DNA from: a bacterium
GTDB lineage: Bacteria; Zhuqueibacterota; Zhuqueibacteria; Residuimicrobiales; Krinioviventaceae
Assembly: GCA_963675755.2 (NCBI GenBank)
Contig: CAXXMD010000001.1
Span: 288,001-352,000 of the forward strand
Direction: 5' to 3'
DNA: 64,000 bases
Below the pieces are notes generated by a model, which saw nothing but the letters and a program-made list of their open reading frames with translations, ran no database searches and was not told the origin of the DNA. Within the stretch, counting starts at the first letter, position 1, and the number at the start of each line of letters is the position of its first letter. Shown one piece after another: positions 31,027-40,298 of this stretch. The translations under genes and the position numbers were made by a program.

Positions 31027-32172
31027 ATGACTTCAAGAGAACGATTGCTAACGGCGCTGAATCATCAGGAACCTGACCGGGTACCAATTGACCTTGCCAG
31101 TGTGCAGGTAACCGGGATTTCTGCCATTGCCTATAACAGATTAAGAGAGTATTTGGGATTGGATGCTCGTGAACCTCAGATTTGTGATGCAATTCAACAA
31201 ATCTGCATCCCTCACGATGATATATATGATAAATATGGTATAGATACACGGGGCCTTTGGCCGTTAATGAACCATATGGATTTTACCGATACCGATGAGG
31301 GTGAATATCTTGCTCATATTGATGAATGGAGCTTTGCCTATCGTCGTAAAAAAGATGCTTTTTGGTATGATCTATACAAATCTCCCATGGAAAATGATAC
31401 GCTTTCAGCAGAATTGATTGATAAATTTTCTTTCCCAAAAGGTGATGAAAAACGACGCATAGAAGGGCTTAAAGCTCAGGCACAGGCATATCGGGATCAG
31501 GGATATGCAGTCGTTTTGAAAAGTATTTGTGCCGGATTGTTTGAAATGATGATACGGCTGCGGGGAATGCAGAATGCCATGATCGATCTCATGATGGACC
31601 CTGTAAACTCGGGGAAATTAATAGATCGTATTCTACAGCATAAAATAGAGTTTTTTGAGATGGCACTCGATGAACTGGGTGATCTGGTGGATATTGTTGC
31701 AGAAGGAGATGATTTTGGAACTCAGGCTTCACAATTGATTTCGCTGGATACCTGGCGTGATATTTTCAAACCTCGTCAGGTTGAACTGATTCAGACCATG
31801 CATAAAAAAGCGCCCAATGCCAAAGTGTTTTTTCATTCCTGCGGTAATATTCGTCCGTTTTTGCCCGAGTTTATCGAAATGGGAATCGATATCATCAATC
31901 CCGTGCACATAACCGCAGACGGTATGGAGCCTAAGCAGCTCAAAAAGGATTTCGGCAAGGATGTTGTGTTCTGGGGTGGAGGCGTAGATACCCAGGGCAC
32001 ATTGCCCAATGGTACCTCGGATGAGGTCAGGGAAGAAGTGAAGCGTTTGATCGATATTTTTGCAGACGGTGGTGGATTTGTTTTCAATACAATCCATAAT
32101 ATTCAGGCCGATGTACTACCAGAGAATATTGTTGCTATGTATGAAACTGTTCTCGAATTCGGTAATAAATAA
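31027..32172 (+). CDS. Uroporphyrinogen decarboxylase / MtaA-CmuA-like family protein
   Basis: MTSRER…EPDRVPIDL, LRG, GDDFGTQ, FHSCG, FWGGGVDTQ, HNIQ…ENI. Confidence 0.88.
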   Translation: MTSRERLLTALNHQEPDRVPIDLASVQVTGISAIAYNRLREYLGLDAREPQICDAIQQICIPHDDIYDKYGIDTRGLWPLMNHMDFTDTDEGEYLAHIDEWSFAYRRKKDAFWYDLYKSPMENDTLSAELIDKFSFPKGDEKRRIEGLKAQAQAYRDQGYAVVLKSICAGLFEMMIRLRGMQNAMIDLMMDPVNSGKLIDRILQHKIEFFEMALDELGDLVDIVAEGDDFGTQASQLISLDTWRDIFKPRQVELIQTMHKKAPNAKVFFHSCGNIRPFLPEFIEMGIDIINPVHITADGMEPKQLKKDFGKDVVFWGGGVDTQGTLPNGTSDEVREEVKRLIDIFADGGGFVFNTIHNIQADVLPENIVAMYETVLEFGNK

Positions 32173-32221
32173 AATTTGCTAGTACTCTTTTTCACCGGTT
32201 AAAATAAACCAAAGGAGTAGT

Positions 32222-33430
32222 ATGGAAAATTCTAAATCCTCATTTCGATGGATCGTACTGATTTTACTGTTCGCTGGTACCACAATTAATTATCTTGATC
32301 GTATTGTTTTTTCTGTCCTCTTACCTGAAATTCAAAAAGAAATTGCTATTGATCCGGTTGTATACGGATATATACTTGGTTCATTTCAATTTACCTATAC
32401 TATTGGTTTGTTGGGGATAGGTTTTGTTATTGATAAACTGGGTACTAAACTGGGTTATTTTATATCCATGGTATTATGGTCATTGTCCGGGGCTTTTACC
32501 GGGTTTTGTAACACAGGTGTGAGTCTGGCTGCATGGCGGGGAGTGTTTGGTCTTGCCGCATCCGGTAATTTCCCGGCTGCAATCAAATCCGTATCCGAAT
32601 GGTTTGAGGTCAAGGACAGAGCATTTGCAACATCCCTGTTTAATAGCGGAGCAAGTATATCTTCAATCATAGGTGCGCCACTGGTACTTTTGATTGTGAG
32701 TCTTGCCGGCTGGAGGTGGGCTTTTGTTGCATTTGGTGCCTTGGGTATTCTTTTGGCTGTTTTTTGGCAATTGTTATATAAAAAACCTGCGGTTCCCTTG
32801 GAATCAACCCAAACTGTTGTCAAGGTAAAATGGTCTGAATTATTAAAACAAAAACAAACCATTGGTATTATGATTGGCAAGTTTTTAACGGACCCGGTGT
32901 GGTGGTTTTATCTCTACTGGATGCCCACTTATCTCAATACCCAGCGCGGATTCAATCTCAAAGATATTGCCATAGCAATACCGGTTATATATATACTTGC
33001 GACATTGATGGGATTTGCCGGTGGTTGGCTGCCGCGATACCTGATGCAAAAAGGAATGACTGTAGAAAAAGCCCGCAAAACCACCATGTTGATCAGTGCA
33101 TCCTTATTGCCAATAACAGCATTTGCCGTAATTGCCAACAGTCCTTGGGTTGCAATTTTACTTGTAAGCCTGGCATGTGGAGCGCATAATAGCTGGTCCG
33201 CCAATATATTTACCATGTGTAGTGATTGTTTTTCAACCAGTTCTGTAGGGTCGGTTACCGGGCTCGCCGGTTTTGCGGGCGGTTTTGGTGGAATTTTACT
33301 CTCTGCTTTGATCCCCGGTTTTGTTGTGCAATATTTTGGCTATGTACCTGTATTCATTTTAATGGGGATCTTGCATCCCCTGGCGTATGTATTTATAAAA
33401 ACATTTGTTACATATAATATAGAGGAGTGA
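32222..33430 (+). CDS. MFS transporter, ExuT/ACS (hexuronate) type
   Basis: INYLDR, NFPAAIKSVSEWF, FNSG, FLTDPVWWFYLYWMPTYL. Confidence 0.9.
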   Translation: MENSKSSFRWIVLILLFAGTTINYLDRIVFSVLLPEIQKEIAIDPVVYGYILGSFQFTYTIGLLGIGFVIDKLGTKLGYFISMVLWSLSGAFTGFCNTGVSLAAWRGVFGLAASGNFPAAIKSVSEWFEVKDRAFATSLFNSGASISSIIGAPLVLLIVSLAGWRWAFVAFGALGILLAVFWQLLYKKPAVPLESTQTVVKVKWSELLKQKQTIGIMIGKFLTDPVWWFYLYWMPTYLNTQRGFNLKDIAIAIPVIYILATLMGFAGGWLPRYLMQKGMTVEKARKTTMLISASLLPITAFAVIANSPWVAILLVSLACGAHNSWSANIFTMCSDCFSTSSVGSVTGLAGFAGGFGGILLSALIPGFVVQYFGYVPVFILMGILHPLAYVFIKTFVTYNIEE

Positions 33431-33434
33431 AATC

Positions 33435-34805
33435 ATGGGTGATATGAAAAGAAGAACTTTTGTAAAATCTACAGCAGCAACAGCAGCCGGTGCAATGCTG
33501 TGGGGAACATCAAAATCATGGGCCGGAGCCAATGACCGTGTAAATGTAGCCGTAATCGGTATCCGGGGGCAGGGCAAATCTCATATTCAGGCTTATAACG
33601 AGTTGAATAATGTACGAATAACAGCTTTGTGTGATGTTGACGAAAATCTGTTTGCCGAAAGAGAAAAACAGTTTTTCAGTGATAAAAACCTTCCTGTCCC
33701 CAAACGTTATATTGATATGAGGGAAATGTTTGAAGACAAGGATATTGATGCAGTATCCATTACCACTCCAAATCACTGGCATGCACTGGCATCCATTTGG
33801 GCCATGCAGGCCGGCAAACATGTATCGGTAGAAAAACCGTGCTGCCATAATTTGTTTGAAGGCCAGCAGCTGGTCAAGGCCGCAAAGAAATACGGAGTAA
33901 TTGTTCAAGATGGCGCTGAACAGCGAAGTAATCCTTGTTCTCAATCCATGGCCGAATATCTTCACAGCGGCAAGCTGGGCGAGGTTTATTTAGCAAAGGG
34001 ATTGTGCTACAAATGGCGTGATACCATTTTGAAAACACCGGATGAACCTGTACCTGCAGGCGTGAATTATGATCTTTGGTTGGGACCTGCCCCCAAACGT
34101 CCTTTTTCACAGAACCGTTTTCATTATAAATGGCACTGGAACTGGGAATACGGCAATGGTGATATGGGTAATCAGGGCGTGCACGAGATGGATGTTGCGC
34201 GCTGGGGTCTGGGTGTGAAATTACCGACCCGTATCTCTGCAATTGGTGGTCATTTCATGTTTGATGATGATCAGAACACTCCCAACACTTTGATGGCCAT
34301 GTTCGAGTTCCCGAATCCAGATGGTGGAGATGATAAGAAAAAAATACTACAATTTGAAACCAGACACTGGATTACCAATAATGAAGGTGAATTGAGCCCG
34401 GGATTTAACGTCAAAGATGACAAGGGCGGTTATATGATGTCTAACGTCAATGTAATTGGTGATTTGTTCTATGGTTCCAAAGGTTACATGCGTAAATCTG
34501 TTGAAACCTGGGAAGCTTTTCATGGCAAACACCGTGAACCGGCAGAAACCGGAAGCGGAATGGGTAACCATTACCAGAATTATATCGATGCGATCCGTGC
34601 AAACGATCCTTCTATTCTTACTGCTCCTATTGAAGAAGGTTTCTATTCATGTGCATTGGTCCATCTGGCAAACATTTCTTATCGTTTGGGACGAACCATT
34701 GATTTTGATCCTGAAACGCAAGAGATCTTGAATGACAGAGAAGCCCAGGCAATGATGACCCGTGAATATCGTGCTCCGTTTATTGTTCCGGAAATCACAT
34801 TATAA
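33435..34805 (+). CDS. Tat-exported Gfo/Idh/MocA oxidoreductase
   Basis: KRRTFVK Tat motif; VAVIGIRGQG, TPNHWH, GKHVSVEKP, YDLWLGPAP, GNQGVHEMD. Confidence 0.92.
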   Translation: MGDMKRRTFVKSTAATAAGAMLWGTSKSWAGANDRVNVAVIGIRGQGKSHIQAYNELNNVRITALCDVDENLFAEREKQFFSDKNLPVPKRYIDMREMFEDKDIDAVSITTPNHWHALASIWAMQAGKHVSVEKPCCHNLFEGQQLVKAAKKYGVIVQDGAEQRSNPCSQSMAEYLHSGKLGEVYLAKGLCYKWRDTILKTPDEPVPAGVNYDLWLGPAPKRPFSQNRFHYKWHWNWEYGNGDMGNQGVHEMDVARWGLGVKLPTRISAIGGHFMFDDDQNTPNTLMAMFEFPNPDGGDDKKKILQFETRHWITNNEGELSPGFNVKDDKGGYMMSNVNVIGDLFYGSKGYMRKSVETWEAFHGKHREPAETGSGMGNHYQNYIDAIRANDPSILTAPIEEGFYSCALVHLANISYRLGRTIDFDPETQEILNDREAQAMMTREYRAPFIVPEITL

Positions 34806-36370
34806 TGCTAAAATATTTGATCAAATTTCTGCTGCCCGTTTTATTTTTAATGCAATTCGTTTACGGGCAGCAGCAAATAAAGCCTACATCCTATACCGGT
34901 TATGTTCAACAGTTTGTTGAAAACCTGATGAAATATGGTACCGACCGGTATGGAAAGATTCATGCGCCAATACTGGTCAGTATTCTGGATGTTGAAACGC
35001 TGCAATGCCCCGAAAATCCATTACCATTGGATGAGGATTGGCGGGTAACGCGCCGTGATCGTCGGAATCCTGCCGGAGCCAATCTATTACCGGATCAGCC
35101 CATATTGAGGGCCATGTACTATTTATCTGATATAACCGGTAAGCAGGATTATGCGGATTTTGCCCTGTATTCAACACGTTATTATATCCAAAATCTGTTG
35201 GATGATAAAGATATGTTCTGGTGGGGTTGGCACCGCCATTATGATGTTTATAAGGACATAATGACGGGCCATAGCGGTAATCATCATGAAATTCAGGCGG
35301 TGCATACCATAGACTGGCCTTATTTATGGTCGGCAGATTCTGTTGCGGTTATCAATGAAATAAATGGGATCTGGAAATGGCATGTGATTGACAAACGAAC
35401 CTGCGAGGTGAATCGACATAACGATGGTAAGCCGGGATGCGATTTTAGTATGAGCGCAGGTGCGTATATTGAAGCCTTTACTTTCATGTATGTAAAAACA
35501 GGTAATACGGTCTGGCTGGATAGGGCAAAAGGGTTGGCACAATACTATTGGGATAAAAGAAATCACAATAGCAATCTGTTCCCGGACCGTCCCAATGCCG
35601 GAAAAGACCGGTTTGATGGTGGTGCGTTTGTAACATCCATTCCATCTTTATTTGGTCATTCTTTGTTAAAAGCATACACCCTGACCGGTGAGGACATGTT
35701 TCGGGATTATGCTGTAGCGGTTTTAAAAGCCTATGCAAAGTATGGGTACGATTCGAATAGCGGTAAATTCTGGGGTGCGCTCGATCTGGAAGGAAATCCT
35801 ATACCTGGTCCACGTACATTGGGCGATTATGCGCAATACGAACCCCGTGGATATTTGGATTTGTGGGAGCCCTATCTTTTGGGATACCAGTATCCGGTTT
35901 ATACTGCACAAATCTATGCGTACGCGTACCAGCTTACGGGTGAAAAAGTTTTTCTAACAACAGCCCAGCGTTTTGCGGGCTGGATCGCCAAGACACCTGT
36001 TGGAATGATAGAAACAGATAAAACCTGGTATACGGATTATTCGAATACATTTGGTAAAAAAGGTACATATGCGGATAAATATGGCCGGATTATTGCTTTT
36101 TATTTAAACATGTTCATGATTACCGGTAAAAACCTGTATCTTGAACAGGCACAACAAGTAGCTGATACTGCTATTGAGAAACTCTATGTGAATGGGGTAT
36201 TCAAAGGTCACCCGGCGAAACCCTATTACGAGTCTGTAGATGGCGTTGGCTATTTAATGTGTGCATTACTGGAATTGGACCAGGTTTTGAACAACCCGGA
36301 CCAGGCTCTGAAAAAGAAAAAAGTAATGATCGGCAATTCCGATAAATCTATACCTGCCGATCTCTGGTAA
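34805..36370 (+). CDS. Secreted PL2 (periplasmic pectate lyase)-like alpha/alpha toroid protein
   Basis: Signal peptide; GTDRYG…PIL, LS.ITG, WWGWHRHYD (cf. PL2 WGGH), HHEI, NRH. Confidence 0.55.
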   Translation: MLKYLIKFLLPVLFLMQFVYGQQQIKPTSYTGYVQQFVENLMKYGTDRYGKIHAPILVSILDVETLQCPENPLPLDEDWRVTRRDRRNPAGANLLPDQPILRAMYYLSDITGKQDYADFALYSTRYYIQNLLDDKDMFWWGWHRHYDVYKDIMTGHSGNHHEIQAVHTIDWPYLWSADSVAVINEINGIWKWHVIDKRTCEVNRHNDGKPGCDFSMSAGAYIEAFTFMYVKTGNTVWLDRAKGLAQYYWDKRNHNSNLFPDRPNAGKDRFDGGAFVTSIPSLFGHSLLKAYTLTGEDMFRDYAVAVLKAYAKYGYDSNSGKFWGALDLEGNPIPGPRTLGDYAQYEPRGYLDLWEPYLLGYQYPVYTAQIYAYAYQLTGEKVFLTTAQRFAGWIAKTPVGMIETDKTWYTDYSNTFGKKGTYADKYGRIIAFYLNMFMITGKNLYLEQAQQVADTAIEKLYVNGVFKGHPAKPYYESVDGVGYLMCALLELDQVLNNPDQALKKKKVMIGNSDKSIPADLW

Positions 36371-36377
36371 CGTATAG

Positions 36378-36452
36378 AAACGGATGATGTATGGTAGGAC
36401 CTTTGAGTGGATACCTCCGGGGAGGTCAATCCGCTCGCATCATCCGTTTTTT
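36378..36452. terminator. Long compound hairpin between convergent genes (bidirectional terminator-like)
   Basis: AAACGGATGATG…CATCATCCGTTT outer stem, inner GAGTGGAT-ACCTCC-GG-GGAGGT-…ATCCGCTC, T tail on the + strand. Confidence 0.65.
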
Positions 36453-37487
36453 TTATGACGAATGAGATTTTACAGCGTTCACAAATGCCTGCATCTGTTC
36501 TGTCGTAACTCCCGGCGGCATACCACCCGCACAGGAAAAAATTACCCGAGATTTGTCCTGAATTCCATCCAAAAGCTTTTTTGTTTCAGATTCAATGGTC
36601 TCAGGATCAGCAGATGCCAGTACATCGCGCGGGGGCAGGTTACCCAGCAGGGTTACTTTATTGTCAGTTAATGTTTTTAGCTCTTCTAATGTTACATCAA
36701 TTCCCATATTATAGAGATTGACCCCCATTTCCGGCAAAAAGGGAGCAGAAACTTTGCACGGTGCGTCATTGTGCAGGAATTTGACGGATACATCCTGATC
36801 GTATAAACGTTTGAAATAGGGTAGACCAAAAGATTTAAATTCCGGTTCACCCATAAATCCAATGATATCATCCAGCAATAGAATACCATCAATGTCCGGA
36901 AAGGTTTCCCGTTGCAGATTGATCCATTTTTCAAGAAAATCGGTTATCTTTTGGACAAGAATTTCTGCCTTATCCGGCTGCATCATGAGTGTTGTAAGAA
37001 ATTCTGTTGAACCCATTAGATAGCTGGCAATATTAAGGGGACCTCTGGCTACAGCAAAACGGATTTTGTGTCCCGCGTGTTCAATGGCGGGCTGAGCCAG
37101 TTTCAACCGGTTCAGCATAAAGGGAAGGAGTCCATCCGTTGCAGGATTCGGGACCTGAAGTTTATCTATATCTTCCGCGGATTGAATGACCTTGTGAGCA
37201 TGCGGAAACTCGTTTCCAGGGAATACACATTTTGCTCCAAAAGCAGAGGGTTCGGTGCACATGCCAAATTCCGACCAGAATCCCGGAAGGAACATAACAT
37301 CAGGAAATTGCTGGATCACCTGCAGGTTTGACTGCATCCAGAGTGTATCGTTACTGAAATAATCGAGAATTGAAATATCATACCAGTTTGGCAGCCAGGG
37401 ACTGTCAATGATAAATCCAACCGGTAGTGGGTATGTTATATCACCATGAATTGTTTGTAATAGTTCATTCCATTGTTTGTCGGTCAT
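36453..37487 (-). CDS. Uroporphyrinogen decarboxylase family protein (second, divergent)
   Basis: FIIDSPW, EPSAFG, RGPLNIAS, LLDD, FLHND, LLGNLPP, SCAGG. Confidence 0.8.
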   Translation of the reverse strand: MTDKQWNELLQTIHGDITYPLPVGFIIDSPWLPNWYDISILDYFSNDTLWMQSNLQVIQQFPDVMFLPGFWSEFGMCTEPSAFGAKCVFPGNEFPHAHKVIQSAEDIDKLQVPNPATDGLLPFMLNRLKLAQPAIEHAGHKIRFAVARGPLNIASYLMGSTEFLTTLMMQPDKAEILVQKITDFLEKWINLQRETFPDIDGILLLDDIIGFMGEPEFKSFGLPYFKRLYDQDVSVKFLHNDAPCKVSAPFLPEMGVNLYNMGIDVTLEELKTLTDNKVTLLGNLPPRDVLASADPETIESETKKLLDGIQDKSRVIFSCAGGMPPGVTTEQMQAFVNAVKSHSS

Positions 37488-37647
37488 TTTACCCTCTGTT
37501 TATACTGTTTGAAAATTTTTATAATATCCGTAAATCTGACCAATTAATCAATCTTAAATTCAATGTTGGCAGTAATTATTGGATTCTTGATTGCATTTTT
37601 GGCGATTTTTTGTAAATTATGAAAAATACCAAATCACCGGAGGTAAC

Positions 37648-39897
37648 ATGCGTTTTATTAATAGACTAATTGTTATTATCTGTATTTTATCGGCTTTTGT
37701 ATCAGCACAATCCATGCTGAATAAATACATGGATGCCCCTGACACATTGCCTTATGTGCCTTATCATCTTACCGCAAGACCCTGGACCGAGTTGAACATA
37801 TCTACAGATGCTTATCTGGATGCTGTGGAAAATATATGCCGGGTTGCGCAAACTTTTCAGGATAAAGAGGGCGCAATTATTGATCCTTATCTGCATCGGG
37901 AACACCAGTATTCAACTCCTTATTATGCCATTGCGCTCAGTGTGCTTTTACATGAAGGCCGGGCATTGGATATGAAAGAATCGGCCATCAAAGCCATGGA
38001 CCATGCAACCAAGAGCTTTGCTCAAGGAGCGGATGGTATTCCTGATCGCCATGGAGAGTTTTATATAGCCGCACTGGCAACCGCACTGGAAGCATTTAAA
38101 GGATATGTACCGGATGAAAAATATAATATCTGGCATGAACGCCTGCAAACTCCATTACTTGAGGTAATTGAAGGATATGGTTCACACCTGAACAATTGGC
38201 GAACCTATGCTATGAAAGGAGAGTGGTTGCGGGCCAAGTCTGGGTTAACACCTAAAAATCAAATGTATGATTTTATAGAGTATTCCTGGAATCATCAGTC
38301 CCAGTTTGAAAAGATAGTAATGGACAAGTGGAATCTGTACCAGGACTGGAGTAGTGATCCGCAATCCTTGGCGGTAGAAGCTGTGGGACGTGGTAATCTG
38401 GTTGGATTGTTATGTAGCGGTTATGATGGTGCTTCTGCTAAAGAGATGATGGATGCCATCAAGCGCGGTACCCAAACAAGCCTGTTGTTAATGAGTCCCG
38501 ATGGGCAATGTCCCCCCAATGGTCGTACAGATGATCATGTGTTCAATGATGTTCTCTATCAGCTTATTTATGAAGCCATGGCAGAGACCGCTTTAAAAGA
38601 TGGTGATACCCGATTAGCCGGACAATACCGCCGTGCCGCTATGATGTGTTTTGACAGCATTAAACGCTGGAAACGCAGTGATGGCAAATGGGCCGGCTCA
38701 TATACAATTACCAAAAACCATTTTGATGTTGATGATCGTGTAGGGTATCAGCCGGCAAGTCAATGGGGCAACTATAACGGTGCGTTAATTTTTCATCTGG
38801 CAGAGGCTGCTCATGCTCGTCAAAGTGATATTGAAGAAATTGCCACACCTACCGAGATCGGCGGATATGCTATTACTACGGATCCCCGTTTTGCCACATT
38901 TACTGCAAATGCAGGGGGGATGCAGGTTTTTATCAATACGCGTGGAAACGATGTTCCCAAATATGATGTTTACTGGGCGCCTTTGGGAGGCGTTCGATTC
39001 AGCAGAGTTGGTTGGGACAGCCGTTTGGGACCGTCTGATGGTGTATTCCTGGTCTCAGGCAAAAAAGACGGATCGCGTATTCCTACTGATATGAGCGCTA
39101 TTCCCGGTGGTGCGGGACAAGGCGTAACTTTTGGTCCAGCCTGGTTTACCAAAGGCAAATGGTTTACTGTAGCTGATCTGCCGCAGCATTATCGGGCAAC
39201 ACCTGTAGTCGAGTTTGTTCATCCTCTACTCGTCAGGTTTACATTGACTTACAGTACCATTACCGGCCATGACGCGCTTATGTTCAGACAGCATTTTACG
39301 GTTACTCCGGATGGTGTTCTGATTAAAATGCATGCTGTGCAGGATATCCCCAATGCTATGATGATCCCCATTCTGGAAAACGATGGCCGATCTTTGGATG
39401 TTCAAATTACCCCGGAAATCATCAGTACAGCATATGATCGCAATGGTGACGAGCAGAATTTTATCAATCTTTCAAAGTCTGTGGAACTGGATACCTCTCG
39501 CATATCCTTGCAAAGTACCTATGGCTGGTTAAAACCGGTCATTACATTAACTCAAAAAGAAGAGAATATATTATTTGTTTATCCGCGTTCGGCAACGGAC
39601 CCTGCTGCAGTTAAGGTGAGAGAGAGTTTTGCAGTTTCTAATAATGGATTCGAATCTGAGCTTGGCAGAGTGGATGGTGATCTTTACATTGGCCGTACTT
39701 CTGCCGGCGGTGTAGGCGATGCAATTGATTTGGATGGTAATGGAAGTAAAGATGTATCATTCAGTGAATCATGCGGGTTTGTATTGCAATTGTCTAACAA
39801 CAAGGTTAAAGCTGTAGAAACAGATAAACCGGTGACCATGCAGTATAAAGGTAAAAGCTATAAATTGGAAGCATTTTCACCATTGATATTGAACTGA
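37648..39897 (+). CDS. Secreted hypothetical protein, probable helical-toroid plus beta-sandwich CAZyme
   Basis: Start moved to ATG 37648 (GGAGG RBS); signal peptide ending VSA; REHQYSTPYY, HGEFY, NNW, GRTDDHVFND motifs. Confidence 0.7.
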   Translation: MRFINRLIVIICILSAFVSAQSMLNKYMDAPDTLPYVPYHLTARPWTELNISTDAYLDAVENICRVAQTFQDKEGAIIDPYLHREHQYSTPYYAIALSVLLHEGRALDMKESAIKAMDHATKSFAQGADGIPDRHGEFYIAALATALEAFKGYVPDEKYNIWHERLQTPLLEVIEGYGSHLNNWRTYAMKGEWLRAKSGLTPKNQMYDFIEYSWNHQSQFEKIVMDKWNLYQDWSSDPQSLAVEAVGRGNLVGLLCSGYDGASAKEMMDAIKRGTQTSLLLMSPDGQCPPNGRTDDHVFNDVLYQLIYEAMAETALKDGDTRLAGQYRRAAMMCFDSIKRWKRSDGKWAGSYTITKNHFDVDDRVGYQPASQWGNYNGALIFHLAEAAHARQSDIEEIATPTEIGGYAITTDPRFATFTANAGGMQVFINTRGNDVPKYDVYWAPLGGVRFSRVGWDSRLGPSDGVFLVSGKKDGSRIPTDMSAIPGGAGQGVTFGPAWFTKGKWFTVADLPQHYRATPVVEFVHPLLVRFTLTYSTITGHDALMFRQHFTVTPDGVLIKMHAVQDIPNAMMIPILENDGRSLDVQITPEIISTAYDRNGDEQNFINLSKSVELDTSRISLQSTYGWLKPVITLTQKEENILFVYPRSATDPAAVKVRESFAVSNNGFESELGRVDGDLYIGRTSAGGVGDAIDLDGNGSKDVSFSESCGFVLQLSNNKVKAVETDKPVTMQYKGKSYKLEAFSPLILN

Positions 39898-39914
39898 TAA
39901 CCTGTCATTTACTG

Positions 39915-39943
39915 TTGCATTTGAAAATTTATATCCTTATATT
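39915..39943 (+). promoter_or_regulatory. Putative sigma70 promoter of tRNA-Arg
   Basis: TTGCAT, 17-bp spacer, TATATT, ending 12 bp upstream of the tRNA. Confidence 0.55.
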
Positions 39944-39955
39944 TTCTGTTGCAAT

Positions 39956-40029
39956 GCGCCAGTAGCTCAATAGGATAGAGCGTTAGCCTCCGGAGCTAAA
40001 GGTTGTGGGTTCGATTCCCGCCTGGCGTA
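39956..40029 (+). tRNA. tRNA-Arg (anticodon CCG); CCA end not encoded
   Basis: Acceptor GCGCCAG/CTGGCGT, D arm GCTC…GAGC, anticodon arm TTAGC-CTCCGGA-GCTAA, T arm GTGGG-TTCGATT-CCCGC. Confidence 0.97.
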
Positions 40030-40030
40030 C

Positions 40031-40061
40031 AAAAGCCCCTGTATTATGCAGGGGCTTTTTT
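40031..40061 (+). terminator. Rho-independent terminator after the tRNA
   Basis: AAAAGCCCCTG-tattatg-CAGGGGCTTTTTT. Confidence 0.88.
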
Positions 40062-40298
40062 CGTTTTATCTTCATGTTTCCTAATCAATCTATTATCAAA
40101 ACAAAATTTTTGAAATATCTAATTGATTATTACCCAAAGGGCTTGTCTTTTTTTACCATTTTTACAGTATAATACCTCTTTTATTGAAAAAATATAGAAT
40201 ATTTTTTTTTTCGTATAGGGGTATGGAGGATGTTTATTGTATTATAATTGATAGAATTGTATGATTAAAAGAGAATAAATTTTCTGGTTCTTTACGAG

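Noticed and set aside
31027-37487. hemE heme-biosynthesis genes
   Set aside because: Neither URO-D-like protein has the HemE RQAGR motif, and no hem genes are adjacent
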